The notes below the pieces were generated by a model. That model did not search any database. It worked only from the letters and a program-made list of their open reading frames with translations, and had not been told where the DNA came from. Source: Paraspadella gotoi (taxonomy: Eukaryota > Animalia > Chaetognatha). From it: DNA of 64,000 nucleotides. The stretch is taken from positions 5,627,696 to 5,691,695 of the forward strand of contig CM119265.1 of NCBI GenBank assembly GCA_051294375.1, in the 5' to 3' direction. Numbering within the stretch: position 1 is the stretch's first letter; each line of letters begins with the position of its first letter. This document shows positions 30,517 through 44,041 of the stretch, one piece after another. The position numbers and the translations under genes are program-made.

Positions 30517-31127
30517 AGAGGTCGGCGGGCGCCAATGCTTCAAAGTTCAAAAGATCTCGACAACTCGTAGGGGGGCGGGGGAGGGGGCAAGAGATCTTTT
30601 CTCCCCTCTCTCTCTCTATTTTTCTTCTCTTTCTCTCTCTCTTTCTCTCTCTCTCCCGTTTCTCAGCCTCCATTTCATCCATTTTTTTTTTTTTTGTTTT
30701 TGATTAACGAGTTCAGAGATTCGGCTGAGATGTTTTCCTCAGCAGCGGCTGAAGCAAAATTTTCCTCTGCATTAGAGACTAAAGGAAGTCCGAATCCGTT
30801 GCAAGCCAGCTAAAGGCAACTGTCCGCTTCATTTTTCTGAGGACCATAATGCTTTTTGCAGCTGCTGAACTAAATAGGAAAGCATCAAAATTCCTTTGCC
30901 AGCGACTGAAGCTAACTGACCACTGGGTTTGACAAAGACAGACCAAATACTACTGCAGTATGTTTACAAGAGCTGACTTACAACGCTGATAGGGCATGCC
31001 TTTATAAATTTTTATACGTTAGAGGTTTCAGAGCAAAAAAAAATCTTGTCATTTTTCCAAAGCAGTCTCGATTCTTTGACAGTTCCATAAAAATATATAA
31101 AATAATTTAAAAAAATAATGCTCATAA

Positions 31128-31848
31128 ATTATTATTATTATTTTATTATATATATATTTTTTACATTATTATTATATTATTATTGATTATTAGTATTATT
31201 ATTATTATTATGTATAAATTTATAATTTTTATAATTAAATTATTTTATTATTATATATTCTTTATTTATATTTATTATTATAATTTTATTTTATTTTTAA
31301 ATTTAATATATAGTATTAATATTAGATTTCACATTTTTAGCTTGAACGATTAGCATTCTCATTTAGTTTTTATTGTATCATAAACGTACGCCATTAGTAT
31401 ATTATATTGAGTTATTATTAATTATAGTTGAAGTTATATTATGATATATCATATATATTATGCATATCATGTATGATATGATTATAATATATGTTTGATT
31501 ATATTTGAGCATTATTAGCTGTAATATAATAAATATAACATTTTATTATTAATATCTATTATGTATTTTATTATTTTTATATATATTATTACCTTATTTT
31601 ATATTATGTATTTTTCAGTATAATATTATTATTATGTCAGGATCTCTTCAAAATAATTTGCCTTATCTTTATAATATTATTGATATTATTATTTAAATTG
31701 ATCAATGAGGATCATTATTTTATATATTATTAATTAATTATTAAATTGAATGAGTAATATATAAATAATTAAGTTAGATACATTATATTATTATTAAAGA
31801 GATTATGTTATTAAATTCATTTCTAATTATTATTATTATTATTTATTA

Positions 31849-31882
<34 letters not shown>

Positions 31883-31968
31883 TATTATTATTATTTTATT
31901 TATTATGTTATTTTTATTATTATTATAATTAATTATTATTATTATTATTATTATATTATTATTATATT
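31128..31968. repeat. (ATT)n-derived, extremely AT-rich tract
   Basis: Imperfect ATT repeats. The mirrored position in the other arm is (AAT)n, N gap, (AAT)n at 36113-36837. Confidence 0.85.
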
Positions 31969-33108
31969 CTGAAATAATGCGTCCTGGCGATCAAAATCGT
32001 CGTCTCGTCCCTTGTTTCGTCATGGTGATAATGATCGTGTCGTCATCGTCGTCGCTTTTTTTCGTCGTCGCCGTCGTCTTCGCCTTCTGATGATGTCGTT
32101 ATGCTAAGGCTGCTGCAATGCCGTTTGCTGTTGGTTAACGATTGCGAAACAAACATCGTTTGGGCCGCGAAAAGGCGACCGTGGGATCGGCCCAGCCACC
32201 GGCCGACGATCCGGGCCGACGTCCCGGCCGACCTTCCCCAGGTCCGACAACCCAAGGCCGCCATTTCGGGTCGGAAAAAAAAAACCGAGCGACCCGCAGC
32301 GAAAAAAAACCTAACGAAAATCAGAACCGATACCCTGAGATTTTTTTCCTTTTTCTTTTTTTTTCACCTTTTTGGGTGTTACTATGTTTTTTGAATTTTT
32401 TTAAAACTAAATTGTATTATTCTTCATTTTTTTTTTTCTTGAGCTTTCTACAACATTTCATTAAACCTTTTACTTTTAACCCGTGTCCTTTAAATAAAAA
32501 AAAGTCATTCCTAATTGCTGTTCCAACCAAAAATTTTTCTAACGTAATCACTCAAATTTAAATCTTGTAAATCTTCGCCCACGGCGTATACTATAATAAT
32601 GATACTAAAATATTCTAATACTATATCCTTCTCATCTTTCCTCCTCTCTCCATCCTTTCTTTCCTCACTTTTTTCATACCTTCTCTCCCTCTCTCGCCCA
32701 ACGCTTCCTCGCAATCAAGTTTTCCGCCCTTAACTCCCACGTTTTTCATTCCTTATTTTTTTTTCACGTCTTTTAATCTTTATGAGGATCGTAACTCGAA
32801 GATAATTTTTTTTCTTTTTTTCCCCTTTTTCTTTTCCGTTTTAACCCGTTCTTCCTCTATATCTCAGCTTAATTCATGAAGGCGATTATTTCCTCGGGTT
32901 TTTTTTTTCGTCGCTAAAATTGAATTCCTAATCCGCATCCGGGATAAAACGTTTCTTTATTTACTACGTGGCATCCGGGATCAGTTTCGGGTGGATATAA
33001 TTTTTTTGTAACGGAGACAAGTGACGAAAAACGAAGTTCGATTCTTTCCCAGCATCGGGCGATTTATCACGTCCGTTTCTTACTCGTGCCTTTTTGTAGT
33101 ATGATTAC

Positions 33109-34484
33109 TAAGGCGGGTCAAAATTAAACACTTTTTTATAACTTTTAATTCCTCAAAAAATTCCTTTTTCCTTCTATTACAAATCGATTTTTCAATGTAA
33201 CTTTTGAATTAGTTCATTGGTTGTTGCACTGAAGCTTTTTAAATATTTATTAATATATAACAAATGACAAAAATTTTTAAAAAAAATTAGTTTTTAAGAC
33301 GGGATTCCTATAGAGCTGAAAAGTTAAATGAAAGTTAGTACTACAATTTTAAAAATTTTGACAAGAAATTGGTTAAAACAGAAAAAACGTTTAAGAAAAA
33401 GGGTCATTCAATTCAACTTCAAAATAGCCAAAATGGAGTGCAAATTCAGAAAGCGAGCTCCTGGCGATCCGAAATGTATCACTTTAAACATTTGATGCAT
33501 TCTACCCCATTTTAAATCGGTTTTTAATTATAATATAAAATAAAAAAACCTATCTGAAAGTTGCAGGTCAAACGAAAAGCCATACCATCTGATATTTTTA
33601 TGAATTTTCATTACTGAATTAGAAAATGTAAAAGAGACATTTAAATTTCAACTTGTATCCTTCGGAAAATGAAACGTTTTAACTTTAACCTGAATTCTTT
33701 CTACTGGAACGCAGTTATCAAAATGTCTCTCTATACATTTTTACAAATGTTTTAAGATTGCTAATCAAATTTTTAATTCAATATTATTGCAGTCGTTTAG
33801 GCTGCAACTCTTCAAATTCAGTGTAGATTCATTGTAGCTCGAATTTCTTTACCATCTATTTAACTGAGATTTTGTTCATGACTGGAAAACAGAGTACGAG
33901 ATTATTGTTTAATTCTCCCTTCTAAACTAACCCATACCGTGTTTTACTTCTACTAGAACTTTTTAACAAACGATTGAAAACAAATCTTTAAAAAATGTGC
34001 TTACCCATTAACTTAACAATTTTTGTTATTTACCCATTAAAAAAAATGATTAAAAACAGAATGTTTACATATAATAAAAACTTATTTTTTTGTGATACTG
34101 ATGATTTAATGTATTTCTCGATATTTAGCTCAATACATCAATGATTACATATTGTTATGCTGAATGACCTTTTTCTTAAAAAATCATCAATCATCATCAT
34201 CAATTGGCTGATTTTATAGTTTTTTTAAAATTTTTATCAATAAAACAAAAAATTTAAAATTTTGTATTAATAACCTCATCTACTTTTAAGCTCTATCAGA
34301 ATCCATTAAAAAAATTGAAAATTCAAAAAAAATTTTTAACTTTATATAGTAAATAAAAATCTTTAAATGCTTCCGTGCGCTATTAATAAGATAATTTTAA
34401 ATTATTTTTATTTTCATATTCTCTAACAGTCACTTTATCATATTTATTTGAGAGAACTTTAGTTTTCACCTGTTCCGGCCTATA
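33109..34484. mobile_element. Non-autonomous DNA transposon (hAT-like/MITE-like), ~1.38 kb, with 8-bp TSD ATGATTAC
   Basis: ATGATTAC occurs at 33101-33108 and 34485-34492. The mirrored arm has a single copy and no insert (rc of 34961-34980 = TTGTAGT-ATGATTAC-ACTAC). Termini TAAGGCGGGTCAAAA and rc TATAGGCCGGAACAGGTGAAAA form imperfect TIRs. A subterminal inverted repeat pairs ~33302-33355 with ~34250-34304. AT-rich, no ORF. Confidence 0.8.
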
Positions 34485-36110
34485 ATGATTACACTACAGC
34501 CCTGGAAAAAATTTCGTAATGCTTTTTTTTTTTCCGCGCGCGCAAAAGAGCTTCGTAATGCTGTTCTTCAGCAGGCTAATGGTCTTACAATGCTGACTCG
34601 ACTCAACGCATCGTTTTCCATCTTCGACGCATCGAATAATAAATGATTCGTAGCAAGTAGACACCGTCGTATCACCCTTAGCAAACCCACCCCCCTCCCC
34701 CGGTCGCTGTCCTCTTCCTCTTTTCAGAAAACTCCTCCGCCAGGTTCTCGCCATCGTCACCTTGTCCTACCTTTACCATAATCCCTCAAAGTCGACTTTG
34801 CTACGAATCAATTTATTATTCGATGCGTCGAAGGAATGGAAAACGATGCGTTGAGTCGAGTCAGCATTGTAAGACCATTAGCCTGCTCGAAGAACAGCAT
34901 TACGAAGCTCTTTTGCGCGCGCGGAAAAAAAAAAAGCATTACGAAATTTTTTCCAGGGCTGTAGTGTAATCATACTACAAAAGGCACGAGTAAGAAACGG
35001 ACGTGATAAATCGCCCGACGCTGGGAAAGAATCGAATTTCGTTTTTCGTCACTTGTCTCCCGTTACAAAAAATTATATCCACCCGAAACTGATCCCGGAT
35101 GCACGTAGTAAATAAAAGAAACGTTTTATCCCGGATGCGGATTAGGAATTCAATTTTTAGCGACGAAAAAAAAAACCCCGAGGAAATAATCGCCTTCATG
35201 AATTAAGCTGAGATATAGAGGAAGAACGGGTTAAAACGGAAAAAGAAAAAGGGGAAAAAAAAGAAAAAAATTATCTTCGAGTTACGATCCTCATAAAGAT
35301 TAAAGACGTAAAAAAAAAATAAGGGAATGAAAAACGTGGGAGTTAAGGGCGGGAAACTTGATTGGCGAGGAAGCGTTGGGCGAGAGAGGGGAGAGAAGGT
35401 AATGAGAAAAGTGAGGAAAGAAAGGATGGAGAGAGGAGGAAAGATGAGAAGGGATATAGTATTAGAATATTTTAGTATCATTATTATAGTATACGCCGTG
35501 GGCGAAGATTTATCAAGATTTAAATTTGAGTGATTACGTTAGAAAAAATTTTTGGTTGGAACAGCAATTAGGAATGACTTTTTTTTATTTAAAGGACACG
35601 GGTTAAAAGTAAAGGTTTAAATGAAAATGTTTAGAAAGCTCAAGAAAAAAAAATTCAGAAGTAATACAATTTAGTTTTAAAAAAAATTCAAAAAACATAG
35701 TAACACCCAAAAAAGGTAGAAAAAAAAAGAAAGGGAAAAAAAAATCTCAGGGTATCGGTTCTGATTTCGTGAAGGTTTTTTTTCGCTGCGGGTCGCTCGG
35801 TTTTTTTCCGACCCGAAAATGGCGGCCGGGTTGTCGGCCGGGGCGTCGGCCGGGACGTCGGCCGGATCGTCGGCCGGTGGCTGGGCCGATCCCACGGTCG
35901 CCTTTCTCGGCCCAAACGATGTTTGTTTCGCAATCGTTAACCAACAGCAACGGCATTGCAGCAGCCTTAGCATAACGACATCTCAGGAAGGCGAAGACGA
36001 CGGCGACGACGAAAAAAGCGACGACGATGACGACGACGATCATTATCACCCATGACGAGAACAAGGACGACGATGACGACGATTTTGATCGCCAGGACGG
36101 CATATTTCAG

Positions 36111-36147
<37 letters not shown>

Positions 36148-36801
36148 NNNNNNNNNNNNNNNNNNNNNNNNNNNNNNNNNNNNNNNNNNNNNNNNNNNNN
36201 NNNNNNNNNNNNNNNNNNNNNNNNNNNNNNNNNNNNNNNNNNNNNNNNNNNNNNNNNNNNNNNNNNNNNNNNNNNNNNNNNNNNNNNNNNNNNNNNNNNN
36301 NNNNNNNNNNNNNNNNNNNNNNNNNNNNNNNNNNNNNNNNNNNNNNNNNNNNNNNNNNNNNNNNNNNNNNNNNNNNNNNNNNNNNNNNNNNNNNNNNNNN
36401 NNNNNNNNNNNNNNNNNNNNNNNNNNNNNNNNNNNNNNNNNNNNNNNNNNNNNNNNNNNNNNNNNNNNNNNNNNNNNNNNNNNNNNNNNNNNNNNNNNNN
36501 NNNNNNNNNNNNNNNNNNNNNNNNNNNNNNNNNNNNNNNNNNNNNNNNNNNNNNNNNNNNNNNNNNNNNNNNNNNNNNNNNNNNNNNNNNNNNNNNNNNN
36601 NNNNNNNNNNNNNNNNNNNNNNNNNNNNNNNNNNNNNNNNNNNNNNNNNNNNNNNNNNNNNNNNNNNNNNNNNNNNNNNNNNNNNNNNNNNNNNNNNNNN
36701 NNNNNNNNNNNNNNNNNNNNNNNNNNNNNNNNNNNNNNNNNNNNNNNNNNNNNNNNNNNNNNNNNNNNNNNNNNNNNNNNNNNNNNNNNNNNNNNNNNNN
36801 N

Positions 36802-36836
<35 letters not shown>

Positions 36837-39312
36837 TTATGAGCATTATTTTTTTAAATTATTTTTATATTTTTTGGAAACTGTCAAAGAATCGAGACTG
36901 CTTTGGAAAAATGACAAGATTTTTTTTTGCTCTGAAACCTCTAACGTATAAAAAATTTATAAAAGGCATGCCCTCTCAGCGTTGTTAAGTCAGCTCTTGT
37001 AAACATACTGCAGTAGTATTTGGTCTGTCTTTGTCAAACCCAGTGGTCAGTTAGCTTCAGTCGCTGCAAAGGAATTTGATGTTTCATTTTAGTTCAGCAG
37101 CTGCAAAAGCATTTGGTCCTCAGAAAAATGAAGCGGACAGTTGCCTTTAGCTGCTGCAACGGAATTCGGACTTCCTTAGTCTCTAATGCAGAGGAAAATT
37201 TTGCTTCAGCTGCTGCTGAGGAAAACAATCTCAGCGAATCTCTGAACTCGTTAATCAAAGGATGAAATGGAGGCGAGGAAAGGGAGAGAGAGAGAAAGAG
37301 AGAGAGAAAGAGAAGAAAAATAGAGAGAGAGAGGGGAGAAAGAGNNNNNNNNNNNNNNNNNNNNNNNNNNNNNNNNNNNNNNNNNNNNNNNNNNNNNNNN
37401 NNNNNNNNNNNNNNNNNNNNNNNNNNNNNNNNNNNNNNNNNNNNNNNNNNNNNNNNNNNNNNNNNNNNNNNNNNNNNNNNNNNNNNNNNNNNNNNNNNNN
37501 NNNNNNNNNNNNNNNTCTCTCTCTCTCTCTGCGCGCCAGACTCATTTCCAAGCAAATGTGGATTGGATGTGGAAAATAGGCAGGAATTTTGTTGTCCTTT
37601 CTTCTCCTTCAGTGAAGAGACTGGGTTTCAATACGTCTATTGGCTCGAGTGGGTGAAAGGTGGACAAGGAGACGGGAGAGGGGAGAGGGGAGAAGAGGCA
37701 GAAAAGAAAAATAGAGACAGAGACAAACAAGAGATTCAAAGAAAGAAAAAAAGTTGAGTCAAGTCAAAGAAGCCAACGAGAGGAAAGGAAAGTTCTACTT
37801 GGCCGACCAATTCGATTAATTCATGATGATTTGTAAATCATAAATATGAGAGATGAGCTCTCTTACTAAGTTACTAGGAATGAATATTTAAATTTAATTA
37901 CAAAAAAAAAAATACTCTTGAATCGAACATATATAAACAATATGTTTAACAATGCTAGTGCGCACGAGAGACGCAGATGCGTTTGCAACTTTGCACACGC
38001 GCCAACGTCTCTTCCTTTCACTAATTCTCGGGTTTTAATTCCTCAAGGGCGCGCTACTGTCTCGAGGCCATGGATCCCCTATTTCTCTCGTCAACCCCCC
38101 ACCCCCCTCAACCACCACCCTTTACTTCTCTCGCTCACTCATTCCATTCCCTTCTCTTCCCATCCTCAAAGACTTCATTTTTTTTTTCGACCAAAAAGAA
38201 TTTGGTTTTTTCGTTTTGTGTGTCAATTTTCGTTCCATCTCGTTTGTTCATCTCGGTGGTTTGAGTCCATTTGTCATTTCGGTTTCTCGTTTTTTTTTTT
38301 TCGAGTTCGAGTTACGTGCGCGGACGTCGTCGTCGTCGTTCTAACCGGCGTCGTAGATTGGCGTCATTCCGCGAGACGACGTCAACGGGGTCGCGGATGT
38401 ATGATTGTATATCGTCTTTCGAATTCTCTCCCTTTTAATATTTTTTTTATAGAATTTTATATAGGTTATTTAAAAAAGCATGATGGTACAATAATGGAAT
38501 TATTCGTCGTGGTCCTTCGCCGCCATTGTCGTCCTCTCGATCTCTGCATTCGTGATCATTAAACTCAGTGTTATCGTCCTAAGTCCGACGTCATTGTCGG
38601 TGCCGAAATCGTCGTGCGTATTTGTCGCCATCGCCCCGCCGTCATCGTCTTTGTTATCGTCTTTTTAGTCATTGTCGACATCGTCGTCTTCGTCGTCGTC
38701 GTCTTCTTCGTCGTCGTCGTGGTCCCGGCGCCATCTCGGCTCAATTCGTCATCGTCAAACGGCGTCGCGGGAAAAATCTCTCATCGTCTACGTCGATTAT
38801 TTTTTTTTTGTTTCGAATCATGAGATTCTTTTTCTTTTTTTTCTTTTTTTTTTTGCGTGAGCTAAGATCTGTCGGTCAGGCGTTCGGTCGGTCGGTCGGT
38901 CGGTCGGTATTTGCATTATTTATGGACTGTTCGCTAAATACAAAGGAAAGCTTTACTTTTACTTAAAGACATAAAGTTGGCTAATAATAGAAAATATTTT
39001 TTTTGAAATATGCAATTTGTTTATTAAATAACTGTTGGCCAATAGCATGAGATTTATATCATTTTATGAAAACCCTAGAGAAATTAAATTTTACTAACTA
39101 GAATAAACAATGGAGAATATTTTAAATAGGAATTATAAATATACGTAAATATCTCCACTTCCAAGAACATGAACAATATAGAAAATTAAAAAATAAGAGT
39201 AAGTGACGGAAAGCGTGAGTAGAAGGCGACAGATTTTAAAGACGATGATTATGGATTAAGTCTCCTTTTTGTTTCCGCCGCTGCCGCTGACGTCGCTGGC
39301 ACCGCCGCACCG

Positions 39313-39346
<34 letters not shown>

Positions 39347-39454
39347 AGACAGCCCCATAATCTCTCTCGGGTCTCGCGGCGTCGTCCTCTTTCTTTTGAT
39401 GGACAACCGCGACGCTTCATCTTCATTTACATCCGGGAGATGGCGATGGGTTCA

Positions 39455-39495
<41 letters not shown>

Positions 39496-39825
39496 CCTCT
39501 CTCTCTCTCTCTCTCGTCCGCTTTGCCTTAGCACTCTGTCTTTCGTCTTAATTTACATCCCACAGATTCTTTTTCCGCCTCATCTTTTCTCTCTCTTTCT
39601 CTCTCTCCCTCTCTCTCTCTCTGCTTCCTCATCCTTCAATTAACATTCTAAAAAAAAAATCTATGAGTTCCTCTCTTTCTCGTTCCATTTGTTATTATTT
39701 TCTCGATTTTGTCTTCATTCGAATTAATTCGACCGGAAAGAATCGCCCCTCATTTTGTTTGCGATGATTTATTAATGTTTCCCAACTTATTAACGATCGA
39801 ATAACGAGCTATCATTTCGCTTCGA

Positions 39826-39860
<35 letters not shown>

Positions 39861-39885
39861 NNNNNNNNNNNNNNNNNNNNNNNNN

Positions 39886-41455
39886 GAATAGGAGCGAAAA
39901 ATCGAGGTCCGCCGCGTGGGAGCTGGGAGTAGGAGTGCGAAAATGTTTTGCCTCCACCTCTTAATTTTGCGATCCTCTCTATCTCGCAAACTTTGCCTCA
40001 TTTTAGACGAACGGGGGGATGGTGCCTGGGCGATGAGCGATTAGAAGAGTCGGCCGGGGGGGGTGTGGCATCGATCGGGAAATAATTGAAAAGGTGAAAG
40101 ACTAAGACCCAATGACAACGGCAAGAAACAAGAAATGACCCATGGAAAAAGTCGATTTTTGATGTTTAGCGGTTGAGGGTATGGGAAGCATTCATAGATG
40201 TCTTCTCCATGTTAATATTGTACTTTGTAAATTTTGAATACACAGTATGCAAATATAATAGTATTTTAGATAATGTTTTTTAAATTTAAAAAAAAACGTA
40301 TATATTTATTAAAATATTATAGTACAAAAGTTACAAAATTACTTGTTTTTAAAAAAAATGTTTGAAAATTAAAAAATAGTTCATAAACTTTATTAATGGC
40401 TAATAAACATTGTTGCTTAAATTTAGTTGGTTTCTTTTCTTTTGTGTTGAAGGCAACAAAAAAAGCGCTTCTGTTTTGTGTTTGATGTTGTTGTTATTTT
40501 TTTATCCTGAGGCTGTGATCGAGAAAAAGGATGAGTAATCCGAGCGAAGATCCTTAATGAAATGATTCGTTAATTGGGTTCCATTTAATGCGAAAGCCGA
40601 TGTCGGTTTAAATTATGCGAGTGAGAATGTTGCGAGGGCTTTTCTGTAACTTTTAAATATAAGTTGGGAAAGAGAGAGAGAGAGAGACGGAGAGAGAGGA
40701 GAGAGAGAGAGAGAGATGAGAGACCCGCCATATTCTAAACGACATCGGCTTTCCGCCATTAAATGGAACCCAATTAACGGAATCATTTTCATTAAGGATC
40801 TTCGCTCGATTACTCATCCTTTTTCTCGATCAGCCTCAGGATAAAAAATAACAACAACATCAACAACAAAACAGAAGCGCCTTTTTTTGTTTGACCTTCA
40901 ACACAAAAGAAAAGAAACAAACTAAATTTAACAACAAATGTTTATTACATTAATAAAGTTATGAACTATTTTTTTAATTTTCAAACATTTTTTTTAAAAC
41001 AAGTAATTTTGTAACTTTTGTACTATATATTTTATAATATATACGTTTTTTTTTTAAATTTAAAAAACCATTATATAAAATACTATTATATTGCATACTG
41101 TGTATTCAAAATTTAACAAGTACAATATTAACATGGAAAACATCTATGAATGCTTTCCATACTCCTCAACCGCTAAACATCAAAATCGACTTTTCCATGG
41201 TCATTTCTTGTTCTTGCCGTTGTCATTTGGTCTTAGTCTTCACCTTTTCAATTATTTCCCGATCGATGCCACTCCCCCCCCCCCGGCCCGACTCTTCTAA
41301 TCGCTCTCGCCCAGGCACCATCCCCCCCGTTCGTCTAAAATCGAGGCAAAGTTATGCGAGAAAAAGAGGACGCAAAATTAATGAGGTGAGGCAAAACATT
41401 TCGCACTCCTTACTCCCGCTCCCACGCGGCGGACCTCGATTTTCGCTCCTATTCT
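39886..41455. repeat. Nested inverted duplication: 39886-~40670 mirrored by ~40724-41455, centred on an AG tract
   Basis: GAATAGGAGCGAAAAATCGAGGTCCGCCGCG at 39886 is the reverse complement of ~41425-41455. It starts immediately after the 25-N gap at 39861-39885. Confidence 0.88.
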
Positions 41456-42134
41456 CCCACCCACCCTCCGCCGGCCGCTCCTCCCTTTTTTTCCAGTTTT
41501 TTTTCTCTCTTTAACCTTTGACCTTCCATCCGATTTCTCTTTCCATCGAATTCGTGGCCGACCTGACGTTCGAAAGATTCTAGGACGAGGACTCAAATTT
41601 CCCGCCATTCTCCCATCTACTCTATTCTCAAAATCTCGCAAGTCACTACTCGTGTCAATGATCGCTTCTGGAATATTAAATTCCTTTCTTTTGAGAAATC
41701 CGCACACTTGTAAAAATACTTGCGTACGTAATTATTGTAAGGTTTAAATCCATTTCGCATCGGCACGTCGTATTTGTACCCCGTGTCAGCTCGCAGCACA
41801 CACCTTTTCCATCCCAAGAATTTAAGACGCGACAAATATTTCCTGAGACCAGATCAGCAGAACATGGCCTTAATCAAAAATTGACCTTATATTTCATCTC
41901 TATACGTGGTATATTTTGTTTTCATTCATACGCCTATGAGTTTTTTAATGAATGAATCTCCATAATTTTGTTTTTGTTCCTTCTGTCTCGCTAATTTTCC
42001 GCAATTTCCGTTTTAAAATTAAATGAAACAAAAAAATATATAATTTCAGTTATTTCATCAATTTCTTTATAATGAACGAACTAGTACAATAATTTTTAAT
42101 TCTTTTTTTNNNNNNNNNNNNNNNNNNNNNNNNN

Positions 42135-43891
42135 GTGTTGGCCCTGGGCCTTATATCCGCAAAAGTTGCCGCTCCCAAAGAGGCTTTCGCCATGCTTGAG
42201 ATAGGTCGCCGTATTCGCTCATTTCGCCCCAGGCTCTCGGAGTTCTTGAAGATTTGACGTAGGCCTGACTTCTAACGCGAGGGTCGCTCAAAGACGCCCC
42301 GGTTCACCCAACAAGACCAAGGAGACGTCCGCCGTCGGTCGCGGCGTCGGTGCGGCGTCCGTGTCCGGCGCAAACCGACGCAGTAAATGAAAAATGGCGG
42401 GAACGCAGTTTCCTTGGATCCTTCATTTTCTGTCGGCGGGGATTGGGACGGTCAAAAAATTAATTCAAGAAAAAAACCCGAAAACTTCGTTTTGGCAACG
42501 TCTCAAACGTCCACTTTCTTTTGGTCGTTCTCGTTGACTGTTTGGGTTAAAAAAGGGTAAATATCTTTTTTTTCCTCGCATATTTCTATATAGTTGAAAA
42601 TTAATTCATATATTTTATACAGCATAATCTCCTTCTCTAGCCAGCCATTGGTTTCTGTACATCGTTGATGGTCTACATTATCTCTGATCTTTTTTCTTAC
42701 GGGTCATTTGGAGTCACCGCCTGCGCCGTCGTGTCTTTCTTCATCTGATTCTTGCCGACCTTCCGGGCAAACTCCTCTCAATTTCCAACTGTGTATTTCT
42801 TGAAACGGAGATTCGCACTTTTTTGGTTCACGCTTGCTTAGCGCAACAGCATTTCTAATATAGGTGAGGCTTTTTTGGGGGTTACTGAGGTAGGTAAATG
42901 AATCATGGTAATCTTGAATTTGTCTTCGTAACCCAGCGTTAAATACTAAATTTTTTCGGATCCCATAATAAATATAATTTAGAAACCCTAAATATTCTAA
43001 TTTTTTCAATGTTTAATTTTATAAAATTAAATAATTTTTTTTTAAACAGCAGAGTGATTTTGCCGCAGGTTTTATTCGATTTTGCTTTTTGATGTGTCGA
43101 TTCTTGAATTACGGGAGCTAACGAATCGCCATGTACATGATTGCAAGCTTGCATTTGTTCAGTAGCGAAAATTCACCCAAAAATTTCAGTCAAGAGTCCT
43201 ATACCCACGCTATTTCGAGCACGGTGAGATGGTTTTATATTGTATTTATAGTGGCATCTTACCAAAAAGTTTTATGAAACTGTAAATTTATTTAAGAAAC
43301 TTCTTGTGATCAAAGTGGGAATTAAATCTAATCAGGTTCTATTATGATCCGCGTTATATTTTGTGCCAAATCTCAGCGGCTAGTGGAAGTTTCCTTGTCC
43401 ATTTAATGGTAATGTTTCAAAATAAAATAAAAATTTCTCAGACAATTCTAACAAAAGCTTTCACAAGGTATGAGCATTATTATATTGTGTCTTTATTCTA
43501 AAGTATTATGCACAGGTCAACATTTAAATTTGTTTTATACCTAAAATCAACTTAATTATAATCAGTTTGAAACGTTGGAAACTTGGAACTACTAATATGC
43601 GTTTCTTTTTTAAAGATCATCAGCCAAATCAATCGAAATTTGGTCTTGGCATTGTGGGAACTCCTTTTATTTCATTTCTGGCCTTTTGTGTTACCTGAAA
43701 CCAAAGGGTTGAACCTTTACCACAGGTAAATAATTTTACATATATAATCTGATAACATTTAGATTCCATATTTGTTTTAGACTTTTGGATGATTACTAAA
43801 GATGAAAGGAAACGGGAAGCTGTGGTAGCTTACGAGATGGAGAAAATATGAACATTGAACATACGAAGCTGAAAATTGATAAATAGTTTGA
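42135..43891 (+). pseudogene. Frameshifted partial copy (exon 4 to stop) of the SLC22-like gene at 58861-61546; probably raw-read artefact
   Basis: Colinear with exons 4-9 and their introns, e.g. CAAGAGTCCTATACCCACGCTATTTCGAGCACG/GTGAG and CCTGAAACCAAAGGG. Indels are scattered equally over exons and introns. Confidence 0.6.
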
Positions 43892-44041
43892 TATATTTTG
43901 AATTCTAATCAGATTTTCAAAGATTTAACCTTTCGCAATTAAAACTTGTAAAAAATTAATTTTATTTTGTTTTTCTTAAGACAGACTTGACGCGACTTAA
44001 GTCCTTAGTAAACCTACGAAGTCCCAGTACACTAAATATAA

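Larger units (their letters stand above)
23490..42109. repeat. Large inverted duplication 1: 26420-34661 mirrored by 34791-42109 (spacer ~34662-34790); 23490-26400 mirrored by ~52150-54630
   Basis: 34486-34661 is the reverse complement of 34791-34972. 32000-33100 matches 34975-36110, 28200-31130 matches 36840-39830, and 26660-28030 matches 40724-41945. Confidence 0.92.

Noticed and set aside
40680-40722. PacBio SMRTbell adapter remnant at the fold-back tip
   Set aside because: ACGGAG..GAGGA..GAGAGAGAT loosely resembles the adapter but cannot be distinguished from the local AG microsatellite.
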